A DNA stretch of 64,000 nt, taken from the NCBI GenBank assembly GCA_944390955.1, contig CALXRY010000176.1:22131-86130 (forward strand). Reading direction: 5' to 3'. The notes below the pieces were generated by a model, which was not told where the DNA came from, ran no database searches, and saw only the letters and a program-made list of their open reading frames with translations. This document shows, piece by piece, positions 54,350 to 64,000 of this stretch. The position numbers and the translations under genes were made by a program. The first letter of the stretch is position 1. Each line of letters opens with the position of its first letter. Source of the stretch: an uncultured Clostridia bacterium. GTDB lineage: Bacteria; Bacillota; Clostridia; UBA1381.

Positions 54350-55201
54350 TTAGTCGTGTATCTTATAATTTGCAAGCAGCATCTCACCCACGCCCTCGGC
54401 ATTCGGATCGTGTGTGCCCTTGCCGGTGTCGAGCGCACGGAGTGCATCCATCTCCTCGTCAGTGAGCGAAAAATCGAATATATCGATATTGCTCTTTATT
54501 CTTTCGGGATGCGTCGATTTCGGCAGCACGATAATCCCATCCTGCACCTCGTATCTGAGTATGACCTGTCCGGCATTTTTATTATACCTTGCGGCGATCT
54601 CTTTTATGACAGGCTCTGCAAGCAGCTTTTTGCTGCCCTGCCCGAGAGGACCCCATGCCTCGAGCTTAACGCCGCATTTGTCTGTTATCTCCCTAAGCGG
54701 TCTCTGACGGAAATACGGGTTGCACTCTACCTGATTGACCGCAGGCATTGTATCGAACTGCGGAACGAATTTATTCCATATCTCAGGCGTCATATTGCTT
54801 ACGCCTATCGACCTAAGCTTTCCTGAATTTTTTGCTTCCTCGAGCGCTCTCCATGCTCCCGGTACGTCGCCGTACGGCTGATGGATAAGATAAAGATCGA
54901 TGTAGTCTGTGCCGAGCTTTTGAAGAGATGTATCTATCCCCTTCCGCGCCGCTTCAAGACCATGGTCCTGAAGCCACAGCTTGCTTGTGATAAAGATTTC
55001 ATCACGCGATATACCGCTGTCCTTTACTGCCTTTCCTACTTCTTCCTCGTTAAAGTATGCAGCCGCCGTATCGATGTGCCTGTAGCCGGCCTTCAGAGCC
55101 TCGAGCACCGCTTTGTAAGTCGAGCCATCGTTCGGTATCATAAATACACCGAAGCCGACTGCCGGTATATAATTTCCGTCGTTCAATAAAATCTTTTCCA
55201 T
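54350..55201 (-). CDS. Aldo/keto reductase (paralog)
   Basis: Trimmed to ATG 55201 (MEKILLNDGNYIPAVGFG). GYRHIDTAAAY motif. Confidence 0.85.
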   Translation of the reverse strand: MEKILLNDGNYIPAVGFGVFMIPNDGSTYKAVLEALKAGYRHIDTAAAYFNEEEVGKAVKDSGISRDEIFITSKLWLQDHGLEAARKGIDTSLQKLGTDYIDLYLIHQPYGDVPGAWRALEEAKNSGKLRSIGVSNMTPEIWNKFVPQFDTMPAVNQVECNPYFRQRPLREITDKCGVKLEAWGPLGQGSKKLLAEPVIKEIAARYNKNAGQVILRYEVQDGIIVLPKSTHPERIKSNIDIFDFSLTDEEMDALRALDTGKGTHDPNAEGVGEMLLANYKIHD

Positions 55202-55218
55202 AATAATATCAGATCCTT

Positions 55219-55818
55219 TCATATTAAATAGTGACTGAGATATGAATGTAAATATAATGTACAAAATTCCTGTGTGCGTTCCTTAAGGCTGTAGGCACCG
55301 TTACTCATGCACCAGCAGAGCAGCTGTCCGTACAACAGGTCGATAAGAGTGTGTGCAATGATCCCGGTCGGAGCATCCGATTTTAATTCTCCCCTTTTAA
55401 TACCTGATTCCGTAAGCGCCTCCATTGCTTCCAAGTCTGCCTTGAGCTTGCTTCGATCCGCGCCGCCTTCGATAAGCTCGGGATTCACAACGTTCCGTAT
55501 CCACTCCTGAGCAAGCTTTACTCCGCTGTCTTCGATATATCCGGAAAAATTGACCATGTAGTTCTCGAGCCGCTCCGAAAAGCTGCCCTCAAACGTCTCG
55601 GCTTTCTTTAAAATTTCGGCAAAAACATCCCGGCTCAGCTCAAAAACGATGTCCTCCTTGCGCTTGAAATAGGTGTAGAACGTTCCCTTTGAAACTCCGC
55701 ACGCTTCTGTTATCTCTTCTACCGATGTGTTGACAAGACCTTTTTCGCCAATCACCTTCTTGGCCGCGGCGATAAGCTTCCGCCTCGTTTCGGCCGCGGC
55801 AAGCTGCCTGTTCGTCAT
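55219..55818 (-). CDS. TetR/AcrR family transcriptional regulator
   Basis: HTH TSVEEITEACGVSKGTFYTYFKRKEDI. Confidence 0.85.
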   Translation of the reverse strand: MTNRQLAAAETRRKLIAAAKKVIGEKGLVNTSVEEITEACGVSKGTFYTYFKRKEDIVFELSRDVFAEILKKAETFEGSFSERLENYMVNFSGYIEDSGVKLAQEWIRNVVNPELIEGGADRSKLKADLEAMEALTESGIKRGELKSDAPTGIIAHTLIDLLYGQLLCWCMSNGAYSLKERTQEFCTLYLHSYLSHYLI

Positions 55819-55845
55819 TATCAGCCCTCCTCTCTTGATAATTTC

Positions 55846-55876
55846 ATTATATCACAGTCATTGACCGAAAGTCAAT
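55846..55876 (-). promoter_or_regulatory. tetR-family gene promoter overlapped by a palindromic operator
   Basis: On the minus strand: TTGACT, 18 nt, TATAAT. The palindrome ATTGAC-CGAAA-GTCAAT (55860-55876) covers the -35 element. Confidence 0.5.
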
Positions 55877-56059
55877 AGAGTTTTTAAAAATTTTAACACA
55901 TTTTTTCGAGGGATTTCAAGAAAATTCGGCCTGTTCAGATATTTTTTTTATTTTATTGAAAAATACTCTTTATTTTTTCGGGAATATGGAGTATAATATA
56001 ATAGAAGTATTATACGTAAGCGCAGGATTAGGCGCTTTACATACAATGGAGGACGCGCA

Positions 56060-56578
56060 ATGAATAAGGTCACACTAACAATCAATTCACGTCAGTACAA
56101 CGTGATCGCTGAGGAAAGCGAGGAATATATCAAGGCTCTCGGCGACCATATAAATGAAAAGATAGACAAGGTCCTCGAGAGCGGCACAAACGTCATGGGC
56201 GAAAGACCGCTGGTCCTTGCCGCGCTCAACATCTGTGACGAATATTTTAAGGTAAACGAAGCCGGATATACGGTAAACGAGCAGCTAAAGACATGCACTA
56301 TGAAGCTCAATGCGCAGCTTGATGAAAACAAGCGGCTAAAGGAGCAGAACGAGAGCCTTAAGACGGAGCTTGAAGAGGTAAAGAGTGGTCAGCTGACTAT
56401 CGAGGAATCGGAAAAGCTTGCAAAGGCGGACGAAACGAGCAAGCTGCTTGACGATGCGAATGAGCAGATAAAGTTCCTTGAGGGGCAGATAAAGCTCATG
56501 GAGGACAAGCAGAAGGAAATGAAGCAGGAATTTGCGGCTAGGGAAAAAGAAATTCTTGACCTCATAGATAAGCAATGA
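56060..56578 (+). CDS. zapA: Cell division protein ZapA with a long coiled-coil tail
   Basis: VTLTINSRQYNVIAEESEEYIKALGDHINEKI ... LVLAALNICDEY, followed by about 90 aa of heptad-rich sequence. Confidence 0.75.
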   Translation: MNKVTLTINSRQYNVIAEESEEYIKALGDHINEKIDKVLESGTNVMGERPLVLAALNICDEYFKVNEAGYTVNEQLKTCTMKLNAQLDENKRLKEQNESLKTELEEVKSGQLTIEESEKLAKADETSKLLDDANEQIKFLEGQIKLMEDKQKEMKQEFAAREKEILDLIDKQ

Positions 56579-58638
56579 TGCGCGTTCCTGAACTGCTGGC
56601 ACCTGCGGGCGGCGCGGCGCAGCTGAAAGCCGCTGTGCAGTCTGGCGCCGACGCCGTTTATATGGGAGGCTATGCGTTTAACGCAAGGCGCTCTGCAAGG
56701 AATTTTTCGCAGGACGAGATGCGGGAGATGATAGATTACTGCCGCCTTTACGGGGTAAAGACGCATATCGCCGTGAATACGCTCATAAAGGAGCGCGAGC
56801 TTGATGAGCTGCTTGAATATGTACGCAGCCTTAACGATATGGGAGCGGATGCGCTTATCGTTCAGGACATAGGCGCAGCCGGAATGATACGGAGGGCGTG
56901 CCCCGATATGGAGCTCCATGCGAGTACTCAGATGACCGTAACGTCGCTTGAGGGCGTGAGGTATCTCGAGGAAATGGGATTTGACAGGGTGGTGCTTGCA
57001 CGGGAGCTTTCGCGAGATGAGATAGCTCATATATGCCGTAATGCAAAGGCAGATATAGAGGTGTTTGTCCATGGAGCGATATGCCAGTGCTATTCGGGTC
57101 AGTGCCTGATGTCGAGTATTTTGGGCGGAAGGAGCGGCAACAGGGGACGCTGTGCTCAGCCGTGCCGTTTGAGGTATACGCTCGTCGGAGACGGAAAGCC
57201 GAAAAGCGGTTTTCTTTTGAGTCCCAAGGATTTGTCGCTTATAAACGAGCTCTCGGAGCTTAGGAAGATAGGCGTTGCGTCGCTAAAGATCGAGGGCAGG
57301 TTGAAGCGTCCCGAATATGTTAGCGCCGTTACGGGGATGTACAGAAAATATCTTGACTTCCCCTCCAAGGTAACCGAAGAGGATATGCGTGAGCTTGAAA
57401 ACGCGTTTTCAAGAAGCGGCTTTACCGACGGATATTTTAGTGGAAGGACGGGCGCGGGAATGATGAGCTCGTCAGATTCGTCCGGTACCGAAAAAGCATT
57501 TTCGTCCGAGGCTTTGGCGCGTGCCGCTGAAAATGCCGATCTCAGAAAGATACCCGTAGATATTGCCGCATATATATCGGTAGGAGAACCGGTGCGGGTG
57601 ACGATAGACGACGATGAAGATAATGTCGGCTGCGGAGAGGGAAATCTTTTGGCGGAGACGGCAAAAACGCGTCCGCTTTCGGAGGAAAGAGTAAGGGAAC
57701 AGCTTTTGAAGCTCGGCGGGACGCCGTTTGCGGCGCAGAGCACCGAGGTGTTCAAGGACAGAGCGGCAGCCGTTCCGATAAAGGAGATAAATTCCGCAAG
57801 GCGTGCGGCGGCAGAGGAGCTTATCCGGCAGAGGATATCGTTTCCGAAGCGCAGGCAGTGCGGATTTGAATTCAAAAGGATAAAAAGAGATAAGAGGATG
57901 CCGGAGCTTTCGGCGTCGGTGAGGACTGCCGCACAGGCGAGAGCTGCGGCGCAGGCCGGAATAAAAACGATATATGCTCCGCCGGAGCTTGCCGGTGAGC
58001 TTGCTGCCGAGGGTATAGACATCATAGCCGATACAGGCGCGGTGTCCCAGCCCATAGATACGGAATGCGGGAGCGCTCTCGTTTCGGCAAACGCTGCGGC
58101 GTATTACTACCGAAAAAGGGGAAAGCGGCTTTACGGCGATTTCAGGCTGAATATATATAATTCGCTCTCGCTTGAGCATTACGCGTATCTTGAGACGGTG
58201 ACGCTTTCGCCGGAGCTTAACGCCGCAGAGGCGGCGGAGCTGCTAAGGGGCAGCAATGTACGGGCGGAGCTTATAGGCTATGGTAGGCTGCCGCTGATGA
58301 TAATGAAGAACTGTCCAGTAAAGGCCGCCGGGCGCTGCTGCGGAAGAGGTGCGGAGCATAGATTAAGGGACAGAAAAAACGAGGAATTTCCGCTGCTCTG
58401 CGGAAGGGACTGTATATGTGAGCTTATAAATTCAAAGCCGCTGTTTATGGCGGACAAACCGGAAGGGCTGCTTAAGCCCGGAGCGGATCTGATACGGCTT
58501 GCGTTTACAATAGAAATGCCGGAGGAATGCGCCGTCATCATAAGGGAATACAAAAAGGCTTTAAAAGATGAGAGAGCGGACAATCCGTTCGGAGAAAACG
58601 GGTTTACGAGAGGGCATTTCTTCAGAGGAGTAGAATAA
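56575..58638 (+). CDS. Peptidase U32 family protein
   Basis: PELLAPAGG...AVYMGG...FNARRSARNF and the Cys-rich GAICQCYSGQCLMSS motif. The ATG overlaps the zapA stop (ATGA). Confidence 0.8.
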   Translation: MMRVPELLAPAGGAAQLKAAVQSGADAVYMGGYAFNARRSARNFSQDEMREMIDYCRLYGVKTHIAVNTLIKERELDELLEYVRSLNDMGADALIVQDIGAAGMIRRACPDMELHASTQMTVTSLEGVRYLEEMGFDRVVLARELSRDEIAHICRNAKADIEVFVHGAICQCYSGQCLMSSILGGRSGNRGRCAQPCRLRYTLVGDGKPKSGFLLSPKDLSLINELSELRKIGVASLKIEGRLKRPEYVSAVTGMYRKYLDFPSKVTEEDMRELENAFSRSGFTDGYFSGRTGAGMMSSSDSSGTEKAFSSEALARAAENADLRKIPVDIAAYISVGEPVRVTIDDDEDNVGCGEGNLLAETAKTRPLSEERVREQLLKLGGTPFAAQSTEVFKDRAAAVPIKEINSARRAAAEELIRQRISFPKRRQCGFEFKRIKRDKRMPELSASVRTAAQARAAAQAGIKTIYAPPELAGELAAEGIDIIADTGAVSQPIDTECGSALVSANAAAYYYRKRGKRLYGDFRLNIYNSLSLEHYAYLETVTLSPELNAAEAAELLRGSNVRAELIGYGRLPLMIMKNCPVKAAGRCCGRGAEHRLRDRKNEEFPLLCGRDCICELINSKPLFMADKPEGLLKPGADLIRLAFTIEMPEECAVIIREYKKALKDERADNPFGENGFTRGHFFRGVE

Positions 58639-58653
58639 TTGCGGAGGATTTTA

Positions 58654-59250
58654 ATGAAGGAGCATATTATCCTTGCCTCGGCGTCGCCGAGGAGGAGGGA
58701 GCTTTTGAGCTCGATGGGACTTGAATACAAAGTTGTCGTATCCGACGCGGACGAGTCCGCCGTGAGCGCGGAGGGCGTTTCGCCGGATATTTACGTTCAG
58801 GAGCTGGCGCTGATAAAGGCTGCGGCGGCTGCAAAGCAGGTAATGAAGGACAGGAAGGCCGTCATTATATCTGCCGATACGATAGTCGTAAACGGCGGAA
58901 AGATACTCGGGAAGCCTGCGGATGCGCAGGAAGCGTTTGATATGCTTTCAGCGCTTTCTGGACATGGACACAAGGTCTATACCGGCTGCTGTGTCATGCG
59001 CATACGTGACGGAAAGACGGTATGCAGGAGCATTGCGACCGACGTTTATTTCAAGGAGCTTTCCGAGGATAAGATATGGAGATATATAGCCACCGGAGAG
59101 CCGGCCGATAAGGCAGGCGCCTATGGGATACAAGGGCTGGGCGGAATGCTCGTGGAGAGGATAGACGGCGATTACCAGAACGTCGTCGGGCTCAGTGTTT
59201 CGGCGCTTGCAGACACACTTGAAAAAGATTTTGATATATATATTTTTTAA
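58654..59250 (+). CDS. maf: Maf-like nucleoside triphosphate pyrophosphatase
   Basis: ILASASPRRRELL ... DKAGAYGIQG. Confidence 0.85.
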   Translation: MKEHIILASASPRRRELLSSMGLEYKVVVSDADESAVSAEGVSPDIYVQELALIKAAAAAKQVMKDRKAVIISADTIVVNGGKILGKPADAQEAFDMLSALSGHGHKVYTGCCVMRIRDGKTVCRSIATDVYFKELSEDKIWRYIATGEPADKAGAYGIQGLGGMLVERIDGDYQNVVGLSVSALADTLEKDFDIYIF

Positions 59251-59275
59251 ATACAGGACAAAGGGGTAAATTGAC

Positions 59276-60277
59276 ATGGGTATATTTTCAAAGGACGTAG
59301 GAATAGATCTCGGCACGGCGAACACGCTGGTGTACGTTCAGGGCAGAGGCATAGTCGTAAGAGAGCCGTCCGTAGTCGCCATAGACAAGTATGAGGGAAA
59401 GGTCCTTGCCGTCGGTAACGAGGCAAATGAGATGATAGGCAGAACACCGGAGAACATCATTGCCGTAAGACCGTTAAAAGACGGCGTTATCGCCGATTTT
59501 GACATAACTCAGGCAATGATAAGAAAATTCATCAGACAGGCGAATATAAGCAGCATCTTCAAGCCGAGGGTAATAGTATGTGTTCCGTCGGGCGTTACGG
59601 AGGTCGAGCGCAGAGCCGTTGAGGAAACTGTCATGCAGGCGGGAGCAAAGGAGGTCGTGCTCATGGAGGAGCCTATGGCGGCTGCCATAGGCGCAGGGCT
59701 GCCTGTTTCAGGAGCAACTGGTAGCATGGTTGTAGATATAGGCGGCGGAACGACGGAGGTCGCTGTTATCTCGCTCGGAGGGATAGTCGCCTCAAGGTCC
59801 ATAAGGATAGCCGGAGACGCTCTGAACAGCGCTATAATAAATTACCTCAAAAAAGAACATTCGATAAATATAGGCGATAAGATGGCTGAGGAGATAAAAA
59901 AGACCATCGGCTCGGCGTATGAGGATAACGAGGAGGGACTGTTTGACGTAAAGGGACGCGACGTTTCGACGGGACTTCCAAAAACGGCTCAGATAAGGGA
60001 ATCGGAGATCCGCGAGGCGATGAGTGAGAACCTTGAGGAGATGCTCGAGGCTGTGAAGCTTACGCTTGAGAATACGCCGCCGGAGCTTGCGGCGGACATA
60101 ATGGACAGAGGGATAATGCTCACTGGCGGCGGGGCGCTGATCAAGGGCATCGACCGTTTTATAACCGAAGGAACTAAGATCCCTGCGCATGTTGCCGAGT
60201 ATCCTCTCGACTGCGTTGCCGTCGGAACGGGAAAATCGCTCGAAAATATAAGAGAGCTTATAGCCAATAAAAAGTGA
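59276..60277 (+). CDS. mreB: Rod shape-determining protein MreB
   Basis: [12 protein letters not shown] ... [18 protein letters not shown]. Confidence 0.95.
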   Translation: MGIFSKDVGIDLGTANTLVYVQGRGIVVREPSVVAIDKYEGKVLAVGNEANEMIGRTPENIIAVRPLKDGVIADFDITQAMIRKFIRQANISSIFKPRVIVCVPSGVTEVERRAVEETVMQAGAKEVVLMEEPMAAAIGAGLPVSGATGSMVVDIGGGTTEVAVISLGGIVASRSIRIAGDALNSAIINYLKKEHSINIGDKMAEEIKKTIGSAYEDNEEGLFDVKGRDVSTGLPKTAQIRESEIREAMSENLEEMLEAVKLTLENTPPELAADIMDRGIMLTGGGALIKGIDRFITEGTKIPAHVAEYPLDCVAVGTGKSLENIRELIANKK

Positions 60278-60288
60278 GGAAGCAGCAA

Positions 60289-61110
60289 ATGTCATTTTTT
60301 AAGAAAAAAGCGGGAGTTACCGTCATAGTCGTTGCGGTCATAGCCGCACTTTTGACGGTCATTACTCATTTTACCGGAGAAAATCCCGTGTCGAATGCCG
60401 TCAGAGCAGTGTTTGCGCCGTTTCGGAGCGGGATCGCGGCCGTTTCCGGAGCGGTGAGCGAAAGAATTAATTTTATACGTGAGGCAGGCGCATACAAGGA
60501 ACAGAACGAGCAGCTTGTAAACGAGATAATAGAGCTTAAGAAGCAGAATAAGGAAACGGCTGTGTACCGTGAGGAAAACGAAAGGCTCAATGCGCTGCTT
60601 GAGCTGAAAAATTCAATACAGGGATATTCGACGGTGGCGGCGTCGGTGATAGGCTATTCGTCAAATCACTGGTACGACAGTATCGAGATCAACAAGGGTA
60701 CGCTTGCCGGAATTAATACAGGGAATACGGTGATAGCTGCCGACGGGATAGTCGGGATCGTTACGGATGCGGGACCGAACTGGGCAGTTGTAAATACGGT
60801 AATAAATCCAGAAAGCGCAACGGGGATAGCTGTGGCGCGGACGGGCGACATAGGAGTTATAGAAGGCGACGCCGAGCTGTGCTATGATTCACTCTGCAAG
60901 CTTACGTTTGTGGATAAAGGCGCGAACATAATAGTGGGAGATATTCTTGTGACCTCGGGAACGGGAGGTATATATCCGCCTGGCCTTAACGTCGGCACGA
61001 TACGCGATATCTCGGCGGATAACATGGGCACAATCAATTATGCTTCTGTTGAGCCGATGGTGGATTTTAAGAACCTGCACGAGGTCCTTGTTATAAATGG
61101 AGTTCAATGA
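60289..61110 (+). CDS. mreC: Rod shape-determining protein MreC
   Basis: ATG 60289 behind GAGGAAG. TM segment + coiled coil + beta domain. Lies between mreB and mreD. Confidence 0.8.
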   Translation: MSFFKKKAGVTVIVVAVIAALLTVITHFTGENPVSNAVRAVFAPFRSGIAAVSGAVSERINFIREAGAYKEQNEQLVNEIIELKKQNKETAVYREENERLNALLELKNSIQGYSTVAASVIGYSSNHWYDSIEINKGTLAGINTGNTVIAADGIVGIVTDAGPNWAVVNTVINPESATGIAVARTGDIGVIEGDAELCYDSLCKLTFVDKGANIIVGDILVTSGTGGIYPPGLNVGTIRDISADNMGTINYASVEPMVDFKNLHEVLVINGVQ

Positions 61111-61601
61111 TGAAGAAAATAAAGCTTATTATATGGATCGCAGTGCTGGTACTGCTCGAGTCTATGGGCTATGCGCGAATATTCGGAGCCGTCCCCGCGC
61201 TTACGTTTGCGTTTTTGGTTTGCGTTGCGCTCAATGATGACGATTTTTACACCGCGGCCGTAACGGGCGGGATATGCGGTATGCTTGCAGGGTCATTGCT
61301 CGGGCGAAGCTTCAGCTTTATATTTATATTTTACACGATTTCGGCAGCGGCGGTCTATACATTCAGAAAAAAGCCGAGGTATACCCATGCTATATTCAAG
61401 GCGGTATTCTGGTGCGGGCTGCTCACGGCGGTAATGGAGCTGGCGCTTTTTGCTCTCGAAACGGGGAGCATAAGCCTGTTCGCACTGTATTCGATAGCTC
61501 TGCCGTCAGTGCTGTACAACATAGCCGCGGCGCTTGTTATATACCCGCTGATAATGAGAACGGTCTACAATGAGGAAAAGCAAAGAAAGCTGATCACATA
61601 A
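61107..61601 (+). CDS. mreD: Rod shape-determining protein MreD
   Basis: 164-aa polytopic membrane protein. Its start overlaps the mreC stop (ATGA). Called mainly on synteny. Confidence 0.65.
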   Translation: MMKKIKLIIWIAVLVLLESMGYARIFGAVPALTFAFLVCVALNDDDFYTAAVTGGICGMLAGSLLGRSFSFIFIFYTISAAAVYTFRKKPRYTHAIFKAVFWCGLLTAVMELALFALETGSISLFALYSIALPSVLYNIAAALVIYPLIMRTVYNEEKQRKLIT

Positions 61602-61643
61602 CAGTGCGGGACGGCAAAATATTATATAATGGGAGTGAAACAG

Positions 61644-63776
61644 ATGCCCAAAGCAAGGATCGTGATCTTAAAGGTCATAATGGTGATAATGCTTGCGGCG
61701 ATAGCGTGGAAGCTGTTTGACCTGCAGATAATAAAAGGCGACCAATATCTTGAGGTCGCTACGGAAAGGCTTACCACGAACGTGACAGAGAAGGCTCCGC
61801 GCGGCGAGATACTTGACCGGTACGGAGTGCCGCTGGTTACGAACAAGGTCGGCTACAGTGTTGTGCTGCAGCAGGCCGGTCAGAGCGACGAGGAGCTTAA
61901 CGCCGTGATAAAGCGGCTCATAGATGTGCTGTATTCGGAAGGCTGCGCCTATAACGACACGCTGCCGATAACGTATGAGCCGTATGAGTTCAGCTTTACC
62001 GATGAGGACGGCGACGGCTCAACGGAAAACGAAAAGGCGGCATGGTTCGATAATAACGAGTATACGGACGATGAGATAACGAGAGACATGAGCGCGGCGG
62101 ATGTCGTGAATGCGTATAAGCAGATATACGAAGTGTCCGATATATACGATGAAGCTGATGCACGGCGCATAGACGGCATACGCTATGAGGCGGAGGAACG
62201 CGGATTTTCGCAGATATCGCCGTTTGTGCTTGCCGATGATGTGAACGTGAATGTCGTTGCAAAAATAAAGGAGCACAGCAATGACTTCAAGGGCGTGAGC
62301 ATATCGAATACGTATATGCGTGAATACGAAAAGCCCGGTCTCGCAACGCACATACTCGGGCGTATCGGCAGGATAAGTCAGGAGGAATACAATGAGCTTT
62401 CCGATGAGGGGTACGGACTTAACGATACTATAGGAAAGCAGGGAATAGAAAAATGGGGTGAGCAGTATCTCAGAGGAGTTGACGGTACGTCAGGAACAGT
62501 TAAGCGCGTCGGCGATGACGAGGTCTCGGTTGCTGACGGCATAGACCCTATACCCGGCAACAGCATAACATTGACGATAGATTCAAGGCTACAGGAGGTT
62601 GCGGAGCAGTCGCTCGGCACAAACATAGAGGCCATAAGAAACAGCGGCGGCAGAGCGGATAAGGACGGCGGCGACTGCGACGCCGGAGCGGCTGTTGTTA
62701 TTGACATAAAAACAGGTGATACCCTTGCTCTTGCGTCGTATCCGAGCTATGATATGTCGCGCTTTGATGAGGACTATCAGAGCTTGCTTGAGAATACTGC
62801 CCAGCCGATGTGGAACAGAGCGGTAAGCGGACTGTACAGCCCGGGCTCTACTTTTAAGCCGCTCGTTGCGATCGCGGCGATGGAGTCTGGAAATCTCAGC
62901 CCGAACGAGATCATCGTTGATGAGGGCATATATACGGTCTACGAGGACTATCAGCCTACCTGCTGGATATGGTCGGAGAGCAATATGACCCAGACGCACG
63001 GTCCGCTTGATGTTTCGGGAGCGATAGAAAATTCGTGCAACTATTTCTTCTATGAGGTAGGAAACAGAATGGGGATAAGCGTCATTGACGAATACGCCGC
63101 AATGTTCGGACTCGGAGAATATACGGGCATAGAGCTGGGTGAGGAATCGAAGGGCGCCGCGGCAAGTCCCGAATATAAAAAATCTATAATAAAGAACGTA
63201 ACGAGTCAGGACTGGTACGACGGAGATACTCTGCAGGCGGCGATAGGACAGTCCTATAGCTTGTTCACGCCGGTTCAGCTTGCAAATTATGCGGCGACCA
63301 TCGCCAACGGCGGAACACACTACAAGGTAAATCTTGTAAAAAACATACGCTCGTCCGTGGACGGCAGCCTTATAAAAGAAACAGTCCCCGAGGTGCGGGA
63401 TTCGATCGAGCTTGATGCTGATGTCATCACAGCCGTAAAGAACGGAATGCGGCGGGTTGTCGACGAGGGAAGCGCGTCGGCAGTATTTACCGATTACGCT
63501 ATTCCGATAGGCGGAAAAACAGGTACCGCGCAGGTCGGAGAAGGTTCAAACAACGCTGTGTTCATAGCGTATGCACCGTTTGACGATCCACAGATAGCTG
63601 TTTCCGTAGTGTTGGAGCACGGCGTAAGAGGCGCAAACGCGGCAAATGTTGCAAGAGATATTTTCGACTGCTACTTCGGAAACACCGGAGCGCTTGCTCA
63701 GGTTCAGGCGACAGCGCAGCCGGAGGGAACGCCGCAGCCTACACAGGAGGTACAGGACAGTGAGCTGCTGCCGTAA
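61644..63776 (+). CDS. mrdA: Penicillin-binding protein 2 (elongasome transpeptidase)
   Basis: ATG 61644 behind GGGAGTG. STFKP (SxxK), SCN (SxN) and KTGTA motifs. Confidence 0.85.
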   Translation: MPKARIVILKVIMVIMLAAIAWKLFDLQIIKGDQYLEVATERLTTNVTEKAPRGEILDRYGVPLVTNKVGYSVVLQQAGQSDEELNAVIKRLIDVLYSEGCAYNDTLPITYEPYEFSFTDEDGDGSTENEKAAWFDNNEYTDDEITRDMSAADVVNAYKQIYEVSDIYDEADARRIDGIRYEAEERGFSQISPFVLADDVNVNVVAKIKEHSNDFKGVSISNTYMREYEKPGLATHILGRIGRISQEEYNELSDEGYGLNDTIGKQGIEKWGEQYLRGVDGTSGTVKRVGDDEVSVADGIDPIPGNSITLTIDSRLQEVAEQSLGTNIEAIRNSGGRADKDGGDCDAGAAVVIDIKTGDTLALASYPSYDMSRFDEDYQSLLENTAQPMWNRAVSGLYSPGSTFKPLVAIAAMESGNLSPNEIIVDEGIYTVYEDYQPTCWIWSESNMTQTHGPLDVSGAIENSCNYFFYEVGNRMGISVIDEYAAMFGLGEYTGIELGEESKGAAASPEYKKSIIKNVTSQDWYDGDTLQAAIGQSYSLFTPVQLANYAATIANGGTHYKVNLVKNIRSSVDGSLIKETVPEVRDSIELDADVITAVKNGMRRVVDEGSASAVFTDYAIPIGGKTGTAQVGEGSNNAVFIAYAPFDDPQIAVSVVLEHGVRGANAANVARDIFDCYFGNTGALAQVQATAQPEGTPQPTQEVQDSELLP

Positions 63777-63806
63777 AGGCATTGCAAAAAGGAGGTATCC
63801 TATGGT

Positions 63807-64000
63807 ATGGACGAGATCATAAAGCTTAAGGGCGCGGGCGACGGAGTAAAGATATATATTTCCGCCGGACACGGAATATCCGAGATAACGCGCGCCCTGT
63901 ACAGCAAGCTTGATGAATACCGGAAATTTTTCGGCAGCGGAAAATGCAATATATATTTCATAGGCGACAATATCTCCGATACGGACAAGCTGCGGCTCGA
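63807..64000 (+). CDS. minC: Probable septum site-determining protein MinC (5' part only)
   Basis: My own translation gives MDEIIKLKGAGDGVKIYISAGHGISEITRALYSKLDEYRKFFGSGKCNIYFIGD... GGAGG lies upstream. The position after mreBCD-pbp2 fits. Truncated by the window end. Confidence 0.5.
   Translation, partial: MDEIIKLKGAGDGVKIYISAGHGISEITRALYSKLDEYRKFFGSGKCNIYFIGDNISDTDKLRL

Noticed and set aside
53485-55818. Tandem aldo/keto reductases with a TetR gene as a possible novel system
   Set aside because: This is a common detoxification arrangement and nothing in the sequence sets it apart.
57156-58179. Two long minus-strand ORFs (299 and 235 aa)
   Set aside because: They are shadow frames opposite the well-supported U32 peptidase gene in a G+C-rich stretch.

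Overview
Origin-proximal chromosome segment of an endospore-forming Firmicute, Clostridia-like (gerABC operon, ymxH, Spo0A-like domain, GGAGG ribosome binding sites, frequent TTG/GTG starts). I cannot name the species from sequence alone.

Layout:
- 1-13.1 kb: AraC-linked glycan-utilisation locus. It holds a CUT1-type ABC transporter with a GH78-like gene nested between the two permease genes, beta-phosphoglucomutase + GH65 phosphorylase + GH13, and GH127.
- 13.3-20.3 kb: AT-rich integrase/excisionase element carrying orphan cargo. It sits directly behind a five-tRNA operon (Gly-Arg-His-Gln-Lys, minus strand) that diverges from dnaA.
- 21.0-23.8 kb: dnaA-dnaN. The spacer looks like oriC (DnaA boxes, a DnaA-trio-like run, an AT-rich unwinding stretch).
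- 24-38 kb: MBL hydrolase, HemZ-like radical SAM, DnaC/DnaI-like loader, a DUF4258/YgiT-type toxin-antitoxin pair, a 1255-aa secreted PL11-like lyase, ymxH, flavoprotein, HD protein, folC, comM/yifB, rodA, nif3.
- 38.0-38.6 kb: hairpin-rich, non-coding 0.6-kb insert splitting the normally adjacent trmK and nif3.
- 39.3-39.6 kb: a second dense DnaA-box cluster.
- 39.7-64 kb: serS, DUF4446, parB/parA with two perfect parS sites, gerA/B/C, blaI-like + class-A-like hydrolase, panBCD-coaX, a Spo0A C-domain-only protein, two aldo/keto reductases + TetR, and zapA-U32-maf-mreBCD-pbp2-minC.

Most worth a second look: the integrative element and its two orphan cargo genes, the hairpin-bracketed insert between trmK and nif3, and the remote DnaA-box cluster.

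All calls come from reading the sequence and the ORF track. No database search was run.
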